A stretch of DNA of 64,000 bases from Thermoanaerobaculia bacterium. GTDB taxonomy: Bacteria > Acidobacteriota > Thermoanaerobaculia > Multivoradales > JAHEKO01. Under the pieces are notes generated by a model. It ran no database searches. It had not been told where the DNA came from and saw only the letters and a program-made list of their open reading frames with translations. Positions 45,872 through 55,104 of the stretch are shown here, in pieces (position 1 is the first letter of the stretch; each line of letters starts with the position of its first letter). The stretch covers positions 21,704 to 85,703 of the forward strand of contig CAMYOG010000047.1 in the NCBI GenBank assembly GCA_947259925.1, in the 5' to 3' direction. The position numbers were made by a program, and so were the translations under genes.

Positions 45872-46237
45872 CGAAGAATTCTACCGGCAGATCGCGAGCC
45901 GCTTGGTGAACTATGAGTTTGACAACCCGGGGGTTGATCCTGGAACATCTGGACAGCTTCGCATCCGCATGCTTCGTTCGCCGGAGTAGTGCGGCGGTTT
46001 CGAGGGTTTGGGCGGCCCGAGGAACCGGGCGGGGTGGGGCCCGCCAAATGGGGTACGCCCAGAAGGGAGGTGATCCAGTGGTATCTGATATACGCGGTTT
46101 AGTGGAGGTGGCGTCCTCTTAGGGGCTCTCCACAGCGTCCGTGGCGCTATCACTGGAGGCACCCCTCAAGGGGTACCCCACGCCACCGAGACAAACCCGA
46201 GGCCTCGGCTCCCAGGAGTCGAGGCCTTTCTAGTTCG

Positions 46238-47026
46238 ATGAGAATCGAGTTCGACCGCGAGGCGGGCGAGGTAACCCTCGGCTTCGACGACCGCGAGGAA
46301 GTGCGGAGCTTCTTCGAGCGCGCCGTCTCCGAGGGCGGCGTCCTGGTCGAGCTCTCCGACCAGCCGGCGTTCCGCCAGGAGGTGACGATCCAGGCGCGCT
46401 CGGACGACGGGGTCGACTTCGCCTGCCGGGCGGAGGTGAGCGGTGTGTCGAAGACCGCGGCGGGGAAGTACGCCACCGCTCTGCTCCTCGGCGGCTGGGG
46501 CGCCGCCGAGACCGAGCGGCTCAAGCTGGCGCTGGCGACCGCGAGCAGTCCGCGCCGGAGTACGACGGCCGCCGACGCCGACCTCGAGGAGGAGGCGGGC
46601 GAGACCCGAGGCACCTCGCCGATTCATCGGATCCGGGCGATGAACCCGAACCAGCGCACCATTCTGGCGCGCAAGGCGGATCGGGTCGAACGGCAGATCC
46701 TGTTGAAGGACAGCTCGCCGCAGGTGCTGCAAGCGCTACTGCTCAACCCCCGGGTCGAGGGGAAGGACGTCGTCCGCGTGGTCAAATCGACCCACACGAC
46801 GGGGGCGCTGCTCAAGCGGATCGTCGAGGACGGCCGCTGGGGGAAGAACCAGGAGGTCCTCGGCCTGGTGGCGAAGAACCCGAAGACGCCGTCGCCCGTG
46901 GCGCTGCGGCTGATCGAGAAGCTCCGGACGTCCGACCTGCGCTTCATGGCCAAGATCTCGTCCGGAGTTCGTGACAACATCCGGCGCGCCGCCCTACGCG
47001 AGTACATGCGGCGGACGGGCAGGTAG
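46238..47026 (+). CDS. Hypothetical protein with C-terminal HEAT-like helical repeats
   Basis: 262-aa ORF. Repeated ...LL.NP...VV..V.... helices. No SD. Preceded by a structured leader. Confidence 0.45.
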   Translation: MRIEFDREAGEVTLGFDDREEVRSFFERAVSEGGVLVELSDQPAFRQEVTIQARSDDGVDFACRAEVSGVSKTAAGKYATALLLGGWGAAETERLKLALATASSPRRSTTAADADLEEEAGETRGTSPIHRIRAMNPNQRTILARKADRVERQILLKDSSPQVLQALLLNPRVEGKDVVRVVKSTHTTGALLKRIVEDGRWGKNQEVLGLVAKNPKTPSPVALRLIEKLRTSDLRFMAKISSGVRDNIRRAALREYMRRTGR

Positions 47027-47050
47027 AAGATCGTGCGGAGGTAGCGCCAG

Positions 47051-47782
47051 ATGTCCGGTTCCAGACTGTCTCTCTTGCTGATCGCCATCGCACTCGGCGG
47101 TTGTGCGGGCGGCGCCGCCCCGGTCGCCGTGCCCGAATCGCCGCCCTCGGCGGTCGAGACCAGCTACGAGATCCTCTGGGTGCGCGACTCGGCGGAGTAC
47201 GAGGCGGCGCTGGTCCAGACCTACCGCCTGGCGGCCGCACGGGTCGAGCAGACGGCCAGGGAGCTGGAGCCCGGCACCTGGGTGGTGGTGATGGATGCCG
47301 ACGAGACGGTCCTGAGCAATCTCGACTACTCGGTGGAGCGGGCGGCGGTAGGCGGGCGCTGGACCGCGGAGACCTGGCGAGAGTGGGTGTCGCGCAAGCA
47401 GGCGCCGCCGATTCCGGGCGCGATCGATTTCATCGAGACTGTCTACCGATTGGGAGGCAGGGTAGCGATCGTCACCAATCGTTCCGAAGAGCTCTGCCCG
47501 GCGACGCGCGACAACCTGGAGGCGGTGGGCGTCCCGTTCGACCATCTGCGCTGCAAGCGCGAGGGCGAGGACCGCAAGGAGTCGCGCTGGCAGGAGGTCC
47601 GGTCGGGCGACGGCACCGACCTCGGTCCGCTCGAGATCGTGATGTGGATCGGCGACAACATTCGCGACTTCCCGGACCTGGATCAGTCGGTGCGCGAGGC
47701 GGGGACTTCCGCCTACGACGAGTTCGGGGTGCGCTACTTCGTGCTTCCGAACCCGCTCTATGGCTCGTGGGAAGAAGACTGA
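47051..47782 (+). CDS. 5'-nucleotidase / class B acid phosphatase, lipoprotein e(P4) family (HAD superfamily)
   Basis: Lipobox LGGCAGG. DxDET motif (VVMDADETVL). Conserved GDNIRDF block. Confidence 0.8.
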   Translation: MSGSRLSLLLIAIALGGCAGGAAPVAVPESPPSAVETSYEILWVRDSAEYEAALVQTYRLAAARVEQTARELEPGTWVVVMDADETVLSNLDYSVERAAVGGRWTAETWREWVSRKQAPPIPGAIDFIETVYRLGGRVAIVTNRSEELCPATRDNLEAVGVPFDHLRCKREGEDRKESRWQEVRSGDGTDLGPLEIVMWIGDNIRDFPDLDQSVREAGTSAYDEFGVRYFVLPNPLYGSWEED

Positions 47783-47797
47783 CGCCAGCGAGGCCGG

Positions 47798-49153
47798 TCA
47801 GACCGCGCCGTAGGCGACCATCGCGTCGGCGACCTTCACGAACGCCGCCAGGTTGGCACCGACGACGTAGTTGACCGAGCCGTCAGGCTGTTCGCCGTGG
47901 GCGACGCACTTGGCGTGGATGGTGCGCATGATCGAGCGCAGCCGGGTGTCGACCTCCTCACGGGTCCACGGCATGCGCTGGGCGTTCTGGCTCTGCTCGA
48001 GCCCCGACGCGATCACGCCGCCGGCGTTCGCCGCCTTGCCGGGCCCGTAGAGCGTACGGGCGTCGATCAGCCGGTGAACGGCGCGGGGCGCGCACGACAT
48101 GTTGGAGCCCTCGGCGATCGCCAGGACGTCGTTGGCGACGAGGGAGCGGGCGTCTTCGTCCGCGATCTCGTTGTGGGTCGCGCAAGGCAGGGCAATGTCC
48201 ACCGACACCGCCCAGGGCCGCTTGCCAGAATGGAACGTCGCCCGGTCATAGCGCTGGGCATACTCCTCGATCCGGCCGCGGCGCGCTCCCTTGAGCTCCT
48301 TGAGCCACTCGAGCTTGTCGGCGTCGATGCCGTCGGGGTCGTGGATGAAGCCGGTGCTGTCGGAGACGGTCACCGCCTTGCCGCCGAGCTGCGTCAGCTT
48401 CTCGATCGCGTACAGGGCGACGTTGCCCGAGCCGGACACCGAGCAGGTCATCCCCTCGATCTCCCGGCCGACCCGCTCGAGCATGTTCTGGGTGAAGTAG
48501 ACGACGCCGTAGCCGGCCGACTCGGTATGCACCAGACTGCCGCCGTGGCTGATCCCCTTGCCGGTCAGCACGCCCTCGAAGCGGTTGGCGAGCCGTTTGT
48601 ATTGACCGAACATGAAACTGATCTCACGCTGGCCGACGCCGACGTCGCCGGCCGGCACGTCGATGTCGTCGCCGATGTGGCGATACATCTCGACCATCAG
48701 CGAGTGGCAGAAGCGCATCACCTCGCTCTCGCTCTTCCCCTTCGGATTGAAGTTGGCGCCACCCTTGGCGCCGCCGAGCGGCAGGCCGGTCAGGCTGTTC
48801 TTGAAGACCTGCTCGAACGCCAGGAACTTGAGGACGCTCAGGTTGCAGTCGGGGTGGAACCGGAGCCCGCCCTTGTACGGCCCGATCGAGTTGTTGAACT
48901 GGACGCGCCAGGCACGGTTGGCGCGCACGTTGCCCCGGTCGTCCTCCCAGGAGACCCGGAAGATGATGATCCGATCGGGCTCCGTCAGTCGCTCGGCGAT
49001 CTGGGCGTGCCGGTAGCCCTGGTTGTCGAGGATGTACGGAGTAATGCTCTCCGCCACGCCGCGCACCGCCTGGTGGAACTCCGGCTCCTCCGGATTGCGC
49101 CGGACCAGGCCGCGCATGAAGCGCTCGATGACGACTCGGGCAGCATCCGACAT
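47798..49153 (-). CDS. gdhA: NADP-specific glutamate dehydrogenase
   Basis: GGAKGG glycine-rich Glu/Leu/Phe/Val dehydrogenase signature and the K...GG catalytic region. 451 aa from the internal start. Confidence 0.9.
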   Translation of the reverse strand: MSDAARVVIERFMRGLVRRNPEEPEFHQAVRGVAESITPYILDNQGYRHAQIAERLTEPDRIIIFRVSWEDDRGNVRANRAWRVQFNNSIGPYKGGLRFHPDCNLSVLKFLAFEQVFKNSLTGLPLGGAKGGANFNPKGKSESEVMRFCHSLMVEMYRHIGDDIDVPAGDVGVGQREISFMFGQYKRLANRFEGVLTGKGISHGGSLVHTESAGYGVVYFTQNMLERVGREIEGMTCSVSGSGNVALYAIEKLTQLGGKAVTVSDSTGFIHDPDGIDADKLEWLKELKGARRGRIEEYAQRYDRATFHSGKRPWAVSVDIALPCATHNEIADEDARSLVANDVLAIAEGSNMSCAPRAVHRLIDARTLYGPGKAANAGGVIASGLEQSQNAQRMPWTREEVDTRLRSIMRTIHAKCVAHGEQPDGSVNYVVGANLAAFVKVADAMVAYGAV

Positions 49154-49190
49154 CGGATTCGCCACCAGATTACTCGAAAATCGCTCCCTC

Positions 49191-49266
49191 GGTGCCAGGC
49201 CTGCAAGATGCAAGTTGAGCTCTTCGCCGCTAAGTAGATGAGCTTGCATCTTGCAGGCCTGGCACC
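49191..49266. repeat. 24-bp perfect inverted repeat (hairpin) upstream of gdhA, followed by a tandem 15-mer duplication
   Basis: GGTGCCAGGCCTGCAAGATGCAAG-28 nt-CTTGCATCTTGCAGGCCTGGCACC. Then CTGGCACCGGCTAGC repeated twice (49260-49289). Confidence 0.55.
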
Positions 49267-49283
49267 GGCTAGCCTGGCACCGG

Positions 49284-50309
49284 CTAGCGGCCGCTGGCCC
49301 AGCGCTCGATCAACGCCTGCTTCGCCTCGGGATTGCGCATCGAGAAGTCGCGGTCGTAGCGCCAGTCGCCCGGGATCCATTTCCACCAGAACATCCCGCG
49401 GATGCTCGGCACGCTCTCGATGCGCGCGAGCGCCACGTCCATCAGGCGCTGGCGCAACGCACGGCTCTCGGGGGAGTCGCTCATCTCGTGCTTCCAGGGC
49501 ATGCGCGCGGCGTCGTGCGATCGGTTGTAGCCGATCTCGGCGAAGACGATCGGCTTGCCGCCGTGGCGTCGCGTCAGCGCCTCCAGGCGGGCGAGCGGTT
49601 CGTCCCAGCCCCGCCAGATCTCGTCCCGGTTCGGATCGCTCTGCTGGCTGAGCGGGAAATAGGCGTGAACGCCGATCATGTCGACCGAGCCCCAGAATGG
49701 CACCGACTCCAGCGAATCCCAGTTGGCGGCGTAGGTGATCGTGCCGTCGTAGACCGAGCGCACCCGCTCGATGATGCGCAGCCAGCGATCGGCGTGGTAG
49801 GTCGTGGCCTCGAGCTCGACTCCGATGGCGAACAGCTCCGCGCCCGACCTCTGTGCGAACTTTGCCTGGTCGACGATGAACAGCTCGTAGCGGTCGAAGA
49901 ACCTGTCCCACGCCTCCTGGTCGTCGCCGAAGTCGATCGCGCCGCGCCACTCGAAGCTCCCCCAGTAGGCGAGATGCGGCTTCCAGAAGAGCTTCATCCC
50001 CTGGGCGCGCACGATCTCGACCGCCCGCTCGAGGTAGCCGGTCTCGACCGCCGGCCAGTGGCGCACCTCGCCGGTCCGGCGGACGCCGGCGTAGGGGTGG
50101 ATCGAAACCCACTCGACCCCGAGCCCGGCCAGCTCGCGCAGGCTCTCGGTCATCTCGGGCGAGCCCCAGACCTCTCCGAAACGCGGACAGGAGACGATCA
50201 TCCCGCGCATGAAGCGGGGAGACTGCCGCTCGGCCTCGGCGGCGAGTGCGTCGCCAGCCGTCCAGCCGGAGAGCAGTGTGACGACCAAAAACAGCGCGAT
50301 TCGAGCCAT
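49284..50309 (-). CDS. Secreted TIM-barrel glycoside hydrolase (GH5/GH113-like)
   Basis: Signal peptide. Candidate catalytic glutamates in ELEATTYH and FAEIGY. Confidence 0.55.
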   Translation of the reverse strand: MARIALFLVVTLLSGWTAGDALAAEAERQSPRFMRGMIVSCPRFGEVWGSPEMTESLRELAGLGVEWVSIHPYAGVRRTGEVRHWPAVETGYLERAVEIVRAQGMKLFWKPHLAYWGSFEWRGAIDFGDDQEAWDRFFDRYELFIVDQAKFAQRSGAELFAIGVELEATTYHADRWLRIIERVRSVYDGTITYAANWDSLESVPFWGSVDMIGVHAYFPLSQQSDPNRDEIWRGWDEPLARLEALTRRHGGKPIVFAEIGYNRSHDAARMPWKHEMSDSPESRALRQRLMDVALARIESVPSIRGMFWWKWIPGDWRYDRDFSMRNPEAKQALIERWASGR

Positions 50310-50371
50310 CGTCAGCGGGACCCTATCCGAATACGACCCCCAACCGGAGTAGGTTCTCGTAGAATGGCTAG

Positions 50372-50977
50372 ATGGTCAGGCAAAGAGCTTCGGAGAGCGC
50401 TCGGCGCGAGCAGATACTGGAAGCGGCGTTCCGCGTCGCTGCCAGGGATCGCCTCGAAAGCCTGACCGGGCGTCGAGTCGCCGAGGAGGCCGGTCTCAGC
50501 AGCGGGCTGGTCTTCTTCTACTTCAAGAGCAAGGACGCGCTGCTCGTTGCGCTGCTCGACTGGCTGCTGGAGCGGACGGTGATCATGCGCACCGACGAAG
50601 GCGTCCTGAGCTTGCCGACCGCCCGCGAGCGCTTCCTGGCGCGTCTGCGCAAGGCGATCGACAGCGTCGGGCGGGAGCGGGTCCAGGTCGAGCTCTTCTT
50701 CGACTACTGGGTGATGGGAACGCGTCATCCGGAAGTGCGCGAGAAGCTGCGCTCGGCGCTCGATCGCTACCGCGAGGTCTTCCGCCCGCTGCTGGTCGAA
50801 GTGTTGAGCGAGGACGGCACCCCGCCGGGAGTGACCGCCGAGAGCCTGGCCGCGGTCTGTGTCAGCTTCGTCGAAGGCTGCGCCGTGCAGGCGATCATGG
50901 ACCCCGATCAATTCGACGTGGAGAGTTTCATGGCCTGTGTGGAGGCGTTGATAACGCCGTCGATGGCACTCGCCTAG
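50372..50977 (+). CDS. TetR/AcrR-family transcriptional regulator
   Basis: N-terminal HTH (REQILEAAFRVAARDRLESLTGRRVAEEAGLSSGLVFFYFKSKDALL). Confidence 0.85.
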   Translation: MVRQRASESARREQILEAAFRVAARDRLESLTGRRVAEEAGLSSGLVFFYFKSKDALLVALLDWLLERTVIMRTDEGVLSLPTARERFLARLRKAIDSVGRERVQVELFFDYWVMGTRHPEVREKLRSALDRYREVFRPLLVEVLSEDGTPPGVTAESLAAVCVSFVEGCAVQAIMDPDQFDVESFMACVEALITPSMALA

Positions 50978-50989
50978 GCTGGAGAAAGC

Positions 50990-52162
50990 ATGGCATCCAT
51001 TTCTTCTCGCATTCACAACGACGACATCATCTACCCCAGCGCGGTGGCTTTCGTGCTCGTGCATCTCGCCTGCCTGGCAGTCTTCTGGACCGGTTTCCGC
51101 ACCGTCGACGTCGTCGTCTGCCTGGCTCTCTACTTCGTGCGCATGTTCGCGATCACGGCCGGTCTCCATCGCTACTTCTCGCACAAGTCGTTCAAGACCA
51201 GCCGGTTCTTCCAGTTCGTTCTCGCCCTGGTCGCCGGCACCTCGGCGCAGAAGGGCGCCATCTGGTGGGCGGCCAAGCATCGAGAGCATCACAAGTACTC
51301 CGACACCCCGAACGACGTCCACTCGCCGGCCCAGAGCGGCTTCTGGATGGCGCACCTCGGGTGGATCTTCACCCACTCGAAGGGCGATGCCGACCTGAGC
51401 ACAGTCAAGGACCTGACGCGCTATCCCGAGCTGGTCTGGCTCGACAAGCACGATCGGCTCCCGGCGGTGGTGCTGGCTCTGCTGGTACTGCTCACTCTCG
51501 GCTGGTCCGGCCTGGTCGTCGGGTTCTTCGTCAGCACCGTCCTGGTCTATCACTGCACCTTCGCCATCAACTCGTTGGCGCACGTCTACGGCAAGCAGCG
51601 CTACATCACCGGCGACGACTCCCGCAACAACTGGCTGCTCGCGCTGCTGACGATGGGTGAGGGCTGGCACAACAATCACCACCACTACCAGGCGTCGACT
51701 CGGCAGGGATTCCGCTGGTGGGAGATCGACGTCACCTTCTACCTCTTGAAGCTGCTCTCGTGGCTCGGCGTCGTCTGGGACCTCAGGTCGCCGCCGCGAG
51801 CGGTCGTCCAGGGCGTCAAACCGCTCCGCCCGCCGGTGATCGAGAAGGTCGCCCGGGAGCTGGCGCTCAGTTTCTCGATCGAGACCATCACCGCCGAGAT
51901 CCGGGCGAAGTGGGAGCAGATGCCCGACCTGGACGCTCTGCGCGAGCGGACGCGGTTGACCCGGGCCCGGGCCGAGGCCTACCTATCGGACTGGCATCTG
52001 CCTGAGCTGCCCAGCTTCGAGGAGCTGCGAGCTCGAGCGCTCGAGAAGTACGCCCAGAGCCCATCGCTAGACGACATAGCTGGTCGTGCGCGACAGATCC
52101 TGCTCGAGGCGCTCTGTGACGAGCTCCTTCAGCCGGTACCGGTACCCTCGACGCCGAGGTAG
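50990..52162 (+). CDS. Acyl-CoA (stearoyl-CoA-type) delta-9 fatty acid desaturase with C-terminal extension
   Basis: Three His boxes: HRYFSH, HREHHKYSD, HNNHHHYQ. Four TM helices. Confidence 0.9.
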   Translation: MASISSRIHNDDIIYPSAVAFVLVHLACLAVFWTGFRTVDVVVCLALYFVRMFAITAGLHRYFSHKSFKTSRFFQFVLALVAGTSAQKGAIWWAAKHREHHKYSDTPNDVHSPAQSGFWMAHLGWIFTHSKGDADLSTVKDLTRYPELVWLDKHDRLPAVVLALLVLLTLGWSGLVVGFFVSTVLVYHCTFAINSLAHVYGKQRYITGDDSRNNWLLALLTMGEGWHNNHHHYQASTRQGFRWWEIDVTFYLLKLLSWLGVVWDLRSPPRAVVQGVKPLRPPVIEKVARELALSFSIETITAEIRAKWEQMPDLDALRERTRLTRARAEAYLSDWHLPELPSFEELRARALEKYAQSPSLDDIAGRARQILLEALCDELLQPVPVPSTPR

Positions 52163-52190
52163 GCGTCGACCCCACCCAGGAGGTCGTTCG

Positions 52191-52550
52191 ATGTTCTGTC
52201 CAGAATGTGGAGCCGAATTCCGCGACGGCGTCTACCAATGCGCCGATTGCGAGGTGAGCCTGGTGCCGACCCCGCCGGAGGAGCCTTCCCACGAGGCCGA
52301 GCCGTCGGTCGAGGTTCTGCGCTCGGCGGACGCGGCGCTCTTGCCGGTGGTCAAGTCCCTGTTCGCCTCGGCCGATATTCCGTACACGGTGCAGGGCGAC
52401 GAATCGTCGGGTCTGTTCCCGTTCGGCCCGACCGCGATGGTCCCCGAAGGACGGCGTTTCGGAGCGGTCATTCGAGTACCCGAGAGCCGGGCCGAGGAAG
52501 CGAAGGCACTCCTCGAGTCGACGGCGCCGGTCGAAGGAGAGAGCTCATGA
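52191..52550 (+). CDS. Zinc-ribbon plus DUF2007-type small protein
   Basis: CPECG...CADC zinc ribbon. RBS CCAGGAGG. TGA overlaps the ATG of proC. Confidence 0.5.
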   Translation: MFCPECGAEFRDGVYQCADCEVSLVPTPPEEPSHEAEPSVEVLRSADAALLPVVKSLFASADIPYTVQGDESSGLFPFGPTAMVPEGRRFGAVIRVPESRAEEAKALLESTAPVEGESS

Positions 52551-53365
52551 GCGAGTACGCGATCGAGCGAGTCGCGGTCATCGGTGCTGGCAAGATGGGT
52601 ACCACCCTGGTCCACGCGTTCTTGCAGGACGGCGACGTCGGCCCCGAGAACATCATCGCCACCCGTCGCAAGGAAGAGCCCTTGAGCCGGCTGGCGGCGG
52701 CCGAAGGGGTCCAGACCACCACCGACAACCGCGAGGCGGCCGCAGCCGCCGACATGATCCTCTTGTGCGTCAAGCCCCAGGGGGTGAGCGAGGTACTGGA
52801 GGAGATCGCCGGCGAATTCGGCGGCGGCAAGGTGCTGGTCTCGATCGCCGCCGGCGCCACGACGGCGATGCTCGAGGAATCGCTTCCCGAGGGGACTCCC
52901 GTCGTGCGCGCCATGCCGAACACGCCGAGCCTGATCGGTCAGGGGATGACCGCCATCTGCGGCGGTCGGTGGGCCGAGCCGGATCACGTCGAGGTGACGC
53001 GCAAGATCTTCGCCGGTATGGGGCGCACCGTGGTGCTGGACGAGAGCTACTTCAACGCGGTCACCGGTCTGGCGGCGAGCGGCCCGGCCTTCGTCTACAT
53101 CATCATCGAGTCGCTCGCCGAGGGCGGCGTGAAGGTCGGCCTGCCGCGCCACATCGCCACCGAGTGCGCGGCCCAGGCGTGCCTCGGTGCGGCGAGCATG
53201 GTACTCGAGACCCAGAGCGCGCCGGCGCTACTCAAGGACGACGTGACGACGCCCGCCGGCTGCACCATGGACGGCATCCTCAAGCTGGAGGAAGGCGGTC
53301 TGCGGGTGACCCTGATCAAAGCGGTGGTCGAGGCCACCAAGCGGGCGGGCGAGCTGGTCGAGTAG
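52547..53365 (+). CDS. proC: Pyrroline-5-carboxylate reductase
   Basis: VAVIGAGKMG Rossmann motif. Conserved C-terminal P5CR dimerisation region (LAASGPAFVY...ESLAEGGVKVGLP). RBS GAAGGAGAGAG. Confidence 0.9.
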   Translation: MSEYAIERVAVIGAGKMGTTLVHAFLQDGDVGPENIIATRRKEEPLSRLAAAEGVQTTTDNREAAAAADMILLCVKPQGVSEVLEEIAGEFGGGKVLVSIAAGATTAMLEESLPEGTPVVRAMPNTPSLIGQGMTAICGGRWAEPDHVEVTRKIFAGMGRTVVLDESYFNAVTGLAASGPAFVYIIIESLAEGGVKVGLPRHIATECAAQACLGAASMVLETQSAPALLKDDVTTPAGCTMDGILKLEEGGLRVTLIKAVVEATKRAGELVE

Positions 53366-53447
53366 CTTCGAGAGCAGGGAGATCTTCCCCTTTCAATCCC
53401 TTCTATGGGGTGGCAGTGCGGTGAGGGGAGCGGCCTGGAACGGCAGC

Positions 53448-53735
53448 CTATGACTCGTAGCCGGCCAGCTTGACGTAGAGCGCCAGCCAACCCATCAGCG
53501 ACATGGGGCTGATGAGTGCGGTGATCAGTATCGCGCGCAGCGCGTTTCCGGCGCTTCGGGGCGCCGGGCCGGTGAGAGCCCAGAGATTCGCCAGGAACGA
53601 CAACGGAACCGAAGCGCCGAGGATGACCAGTGCGACAGTACCGCTCGACGTCAGGTTGTCTTCGACGAGATCGAGAGACAGGTAGGTGACGAGATAGAGA
53701 GCGAGATGTGTGGCGACCACCTTGACGACCGTCAT
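53448..53735 (-). CDS. Small membrane protein (possibly YggT-like)
   Basis: 95 aa, 3 TM helices. Adjacent to proC as in yggS-proC-yggT loci, but on the opposite strand. Confidence 0.3.
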   Translation of the reverse strand: MTVVKVVATHLALYLVTYLSLDLVEDNLTSSGTVALVILGASVPLSFLANLWALTGPAPRSAGNALRAILITALISPMSLMGWLALYVKLAGYES

Positions 53736-53760
53736 TCGCTCGCCCCCATCTCACCGGCGC

Positions 53761-55104
53761 TCAGCCGGGCGTGTCGAGACGCAGCGTTACCGCCTCGCCG
53801 AGGCTCACCTCCGCGGCCGCTTCCAGATTGCCCGGATCGCGGGTCGAGACGCTACCGTCGACGTCGAGGCGGGCGGTCAGCTGGCCGGTCTCGGGGATCG
53901 GCGCCCCCATCATGCTGTCGGCCTGGGTCAGCGTCAGGGTCATCGGAAACCTCGGGGTCTCGATACGCTTGACGGCGACCGGGGGTCCGCTGCCCTCGCC
54001 GCGCAGGATCACGTAGAGAATCGACCCGGGGACGGGATTCGCTCCCGGTGCCAACCCGACCGAGACCGTGATGGCATCCGGTGCGGTGGCCTGCGGCTCG
54101 GGAGCCACCGCCGGCTCGGTCCGCGCTTCAGCGGGGGGCGGCTCGGCGGGGGGCGGTGTCATGCCGAGAATCTCCTCCGGCGGCCGGCCTTCCTCGGCGA
54201 GCCTGATCAATCGCTCGATCATCTCGTTGCTGCCGCCGATCGCCGCGAGTCCACGCTTCCAGATGGCGATCGCAGTCGGGTAGTCACCTCTCTGGAGGCT
54301 GATGATGCCGGTCGCGGTGAGCGAGTCGACGTGGTCGGGATCCGCCGCCAGAGCACGGTTGAGGAGCTCCTCGGCGATCTGCGCCTGACCCATGGTCAGG
54401 CGTACCAGGCCTTGCATGTAGAGGCCGTCTGGGTCCTCGGGTCGGCGGGCGAGGATCTCTTCGGCCACCCGGTACCCTTCGACGAAGCGCGAAGCGCCGA
54501 GGTAGGCGTAGCCGAGGTCCTTGCGGGCATCCAGATCGTCGGGGGCGCGCTCGAGATGAGCGATGATCGAAGCGATCCGGTTCGCCGCCTCGGGTGGCAG
54601 ATCGGAGAGGTCCGGATGCACCGGATCGCCGGCCGCCGGCGCGGACATCGGTGCGGTCGTGTCTTGCCGCGGCTGGGCATCTCGCACCGCCCAGTAGATC
54701 AGCCCGCCGACCAGGATCAGCAGGCCGGCGCCGTAGGCGAAGCCGGTCAGGAAATGGCGCGCGGGCGCGCGGGCCGGCGTCGCCTCGGCCGGCGCCTCGG
54801 TCTCCTCTTCACGTGCGAGCCTGGGCTCCTTCTCTACGAGGTCGCCTCCCAGCCGGTCGAGATCGCGCAGGGTCCGGGCCGCCGCCAGCTCGAGAGATTC
54901 GCGGTCCGCCGCGGGTGCGAGCCCGCGGTTGATCTCCCGCAGCCGTGTGTAGAGCTCGTCGCGACGTGCCTCCAGATCGGCGATCCGGAGCTCGCGGCCG
55001 GTGGCCGGCGTCTTCCGCCTGGCGCTGCCCTTGAAGGCCCTGGCCAGCAGCAGGCCTCCCGCCAGACCCACGATCAGGACCACCAGTCCGGGTAGCCAGC
55101 TCAA
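53761..55104 (-). CDS. ccmI: Cytochrome c-type biogenesis protein CcmI (CycH)
   Basis: N-terminal TM helices, TPR repeats (AYAYLGASRFVEGYRVAEEILAR...). Last gene of the ccm operon. Confidence 0.7.
   Translation of the reverse strand: MSWLPGLVVLIVGLAGGLLLARAFKGSARRKTPATGRELRIADLEARRDELYTRLREINRGLAPAADRESLELAAARTLRDLDRLGGDLVEKEPRLAREEETEAPAEATPARAPARHFLTGFAYGAGLLILVGGLIYWAVRDAQPRQDTTAPMSAPAAGDPVHPDLSDLPPEAANRIASIIAHLERAPDDLDARKDLGYAYLGASRFVEGYRVAEEILARRPEDPDGLYMQGLVRLTMGQAQIAEELLNRALAADPDHVDSLTATGIISLQRGDYPTAIAIWKRGLAAIGGSNEMIERLIRLAEEGRPPEEILGMTPPPAEPPPAEARTEPAVAPEPQATAPDAITVSVGLAPGANPVPGSILYVILRGEGSGPPVAVKRIETPRFPMTLTLTQADSMMGAPIPETGQLTARLDVDGSVSTRDPGNLEAAAEVSLGEAVTLRLDTPG

Noticed and set aside
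45930-46090. Degenerate 16S rRNA gene
   Set aside because: Only short terminal motifs are present (27F-like and an anti-SD complement), about 140 bp apart. The 3'-end motif is in antisense orientation and no internal conserved rRNA blocks follow.
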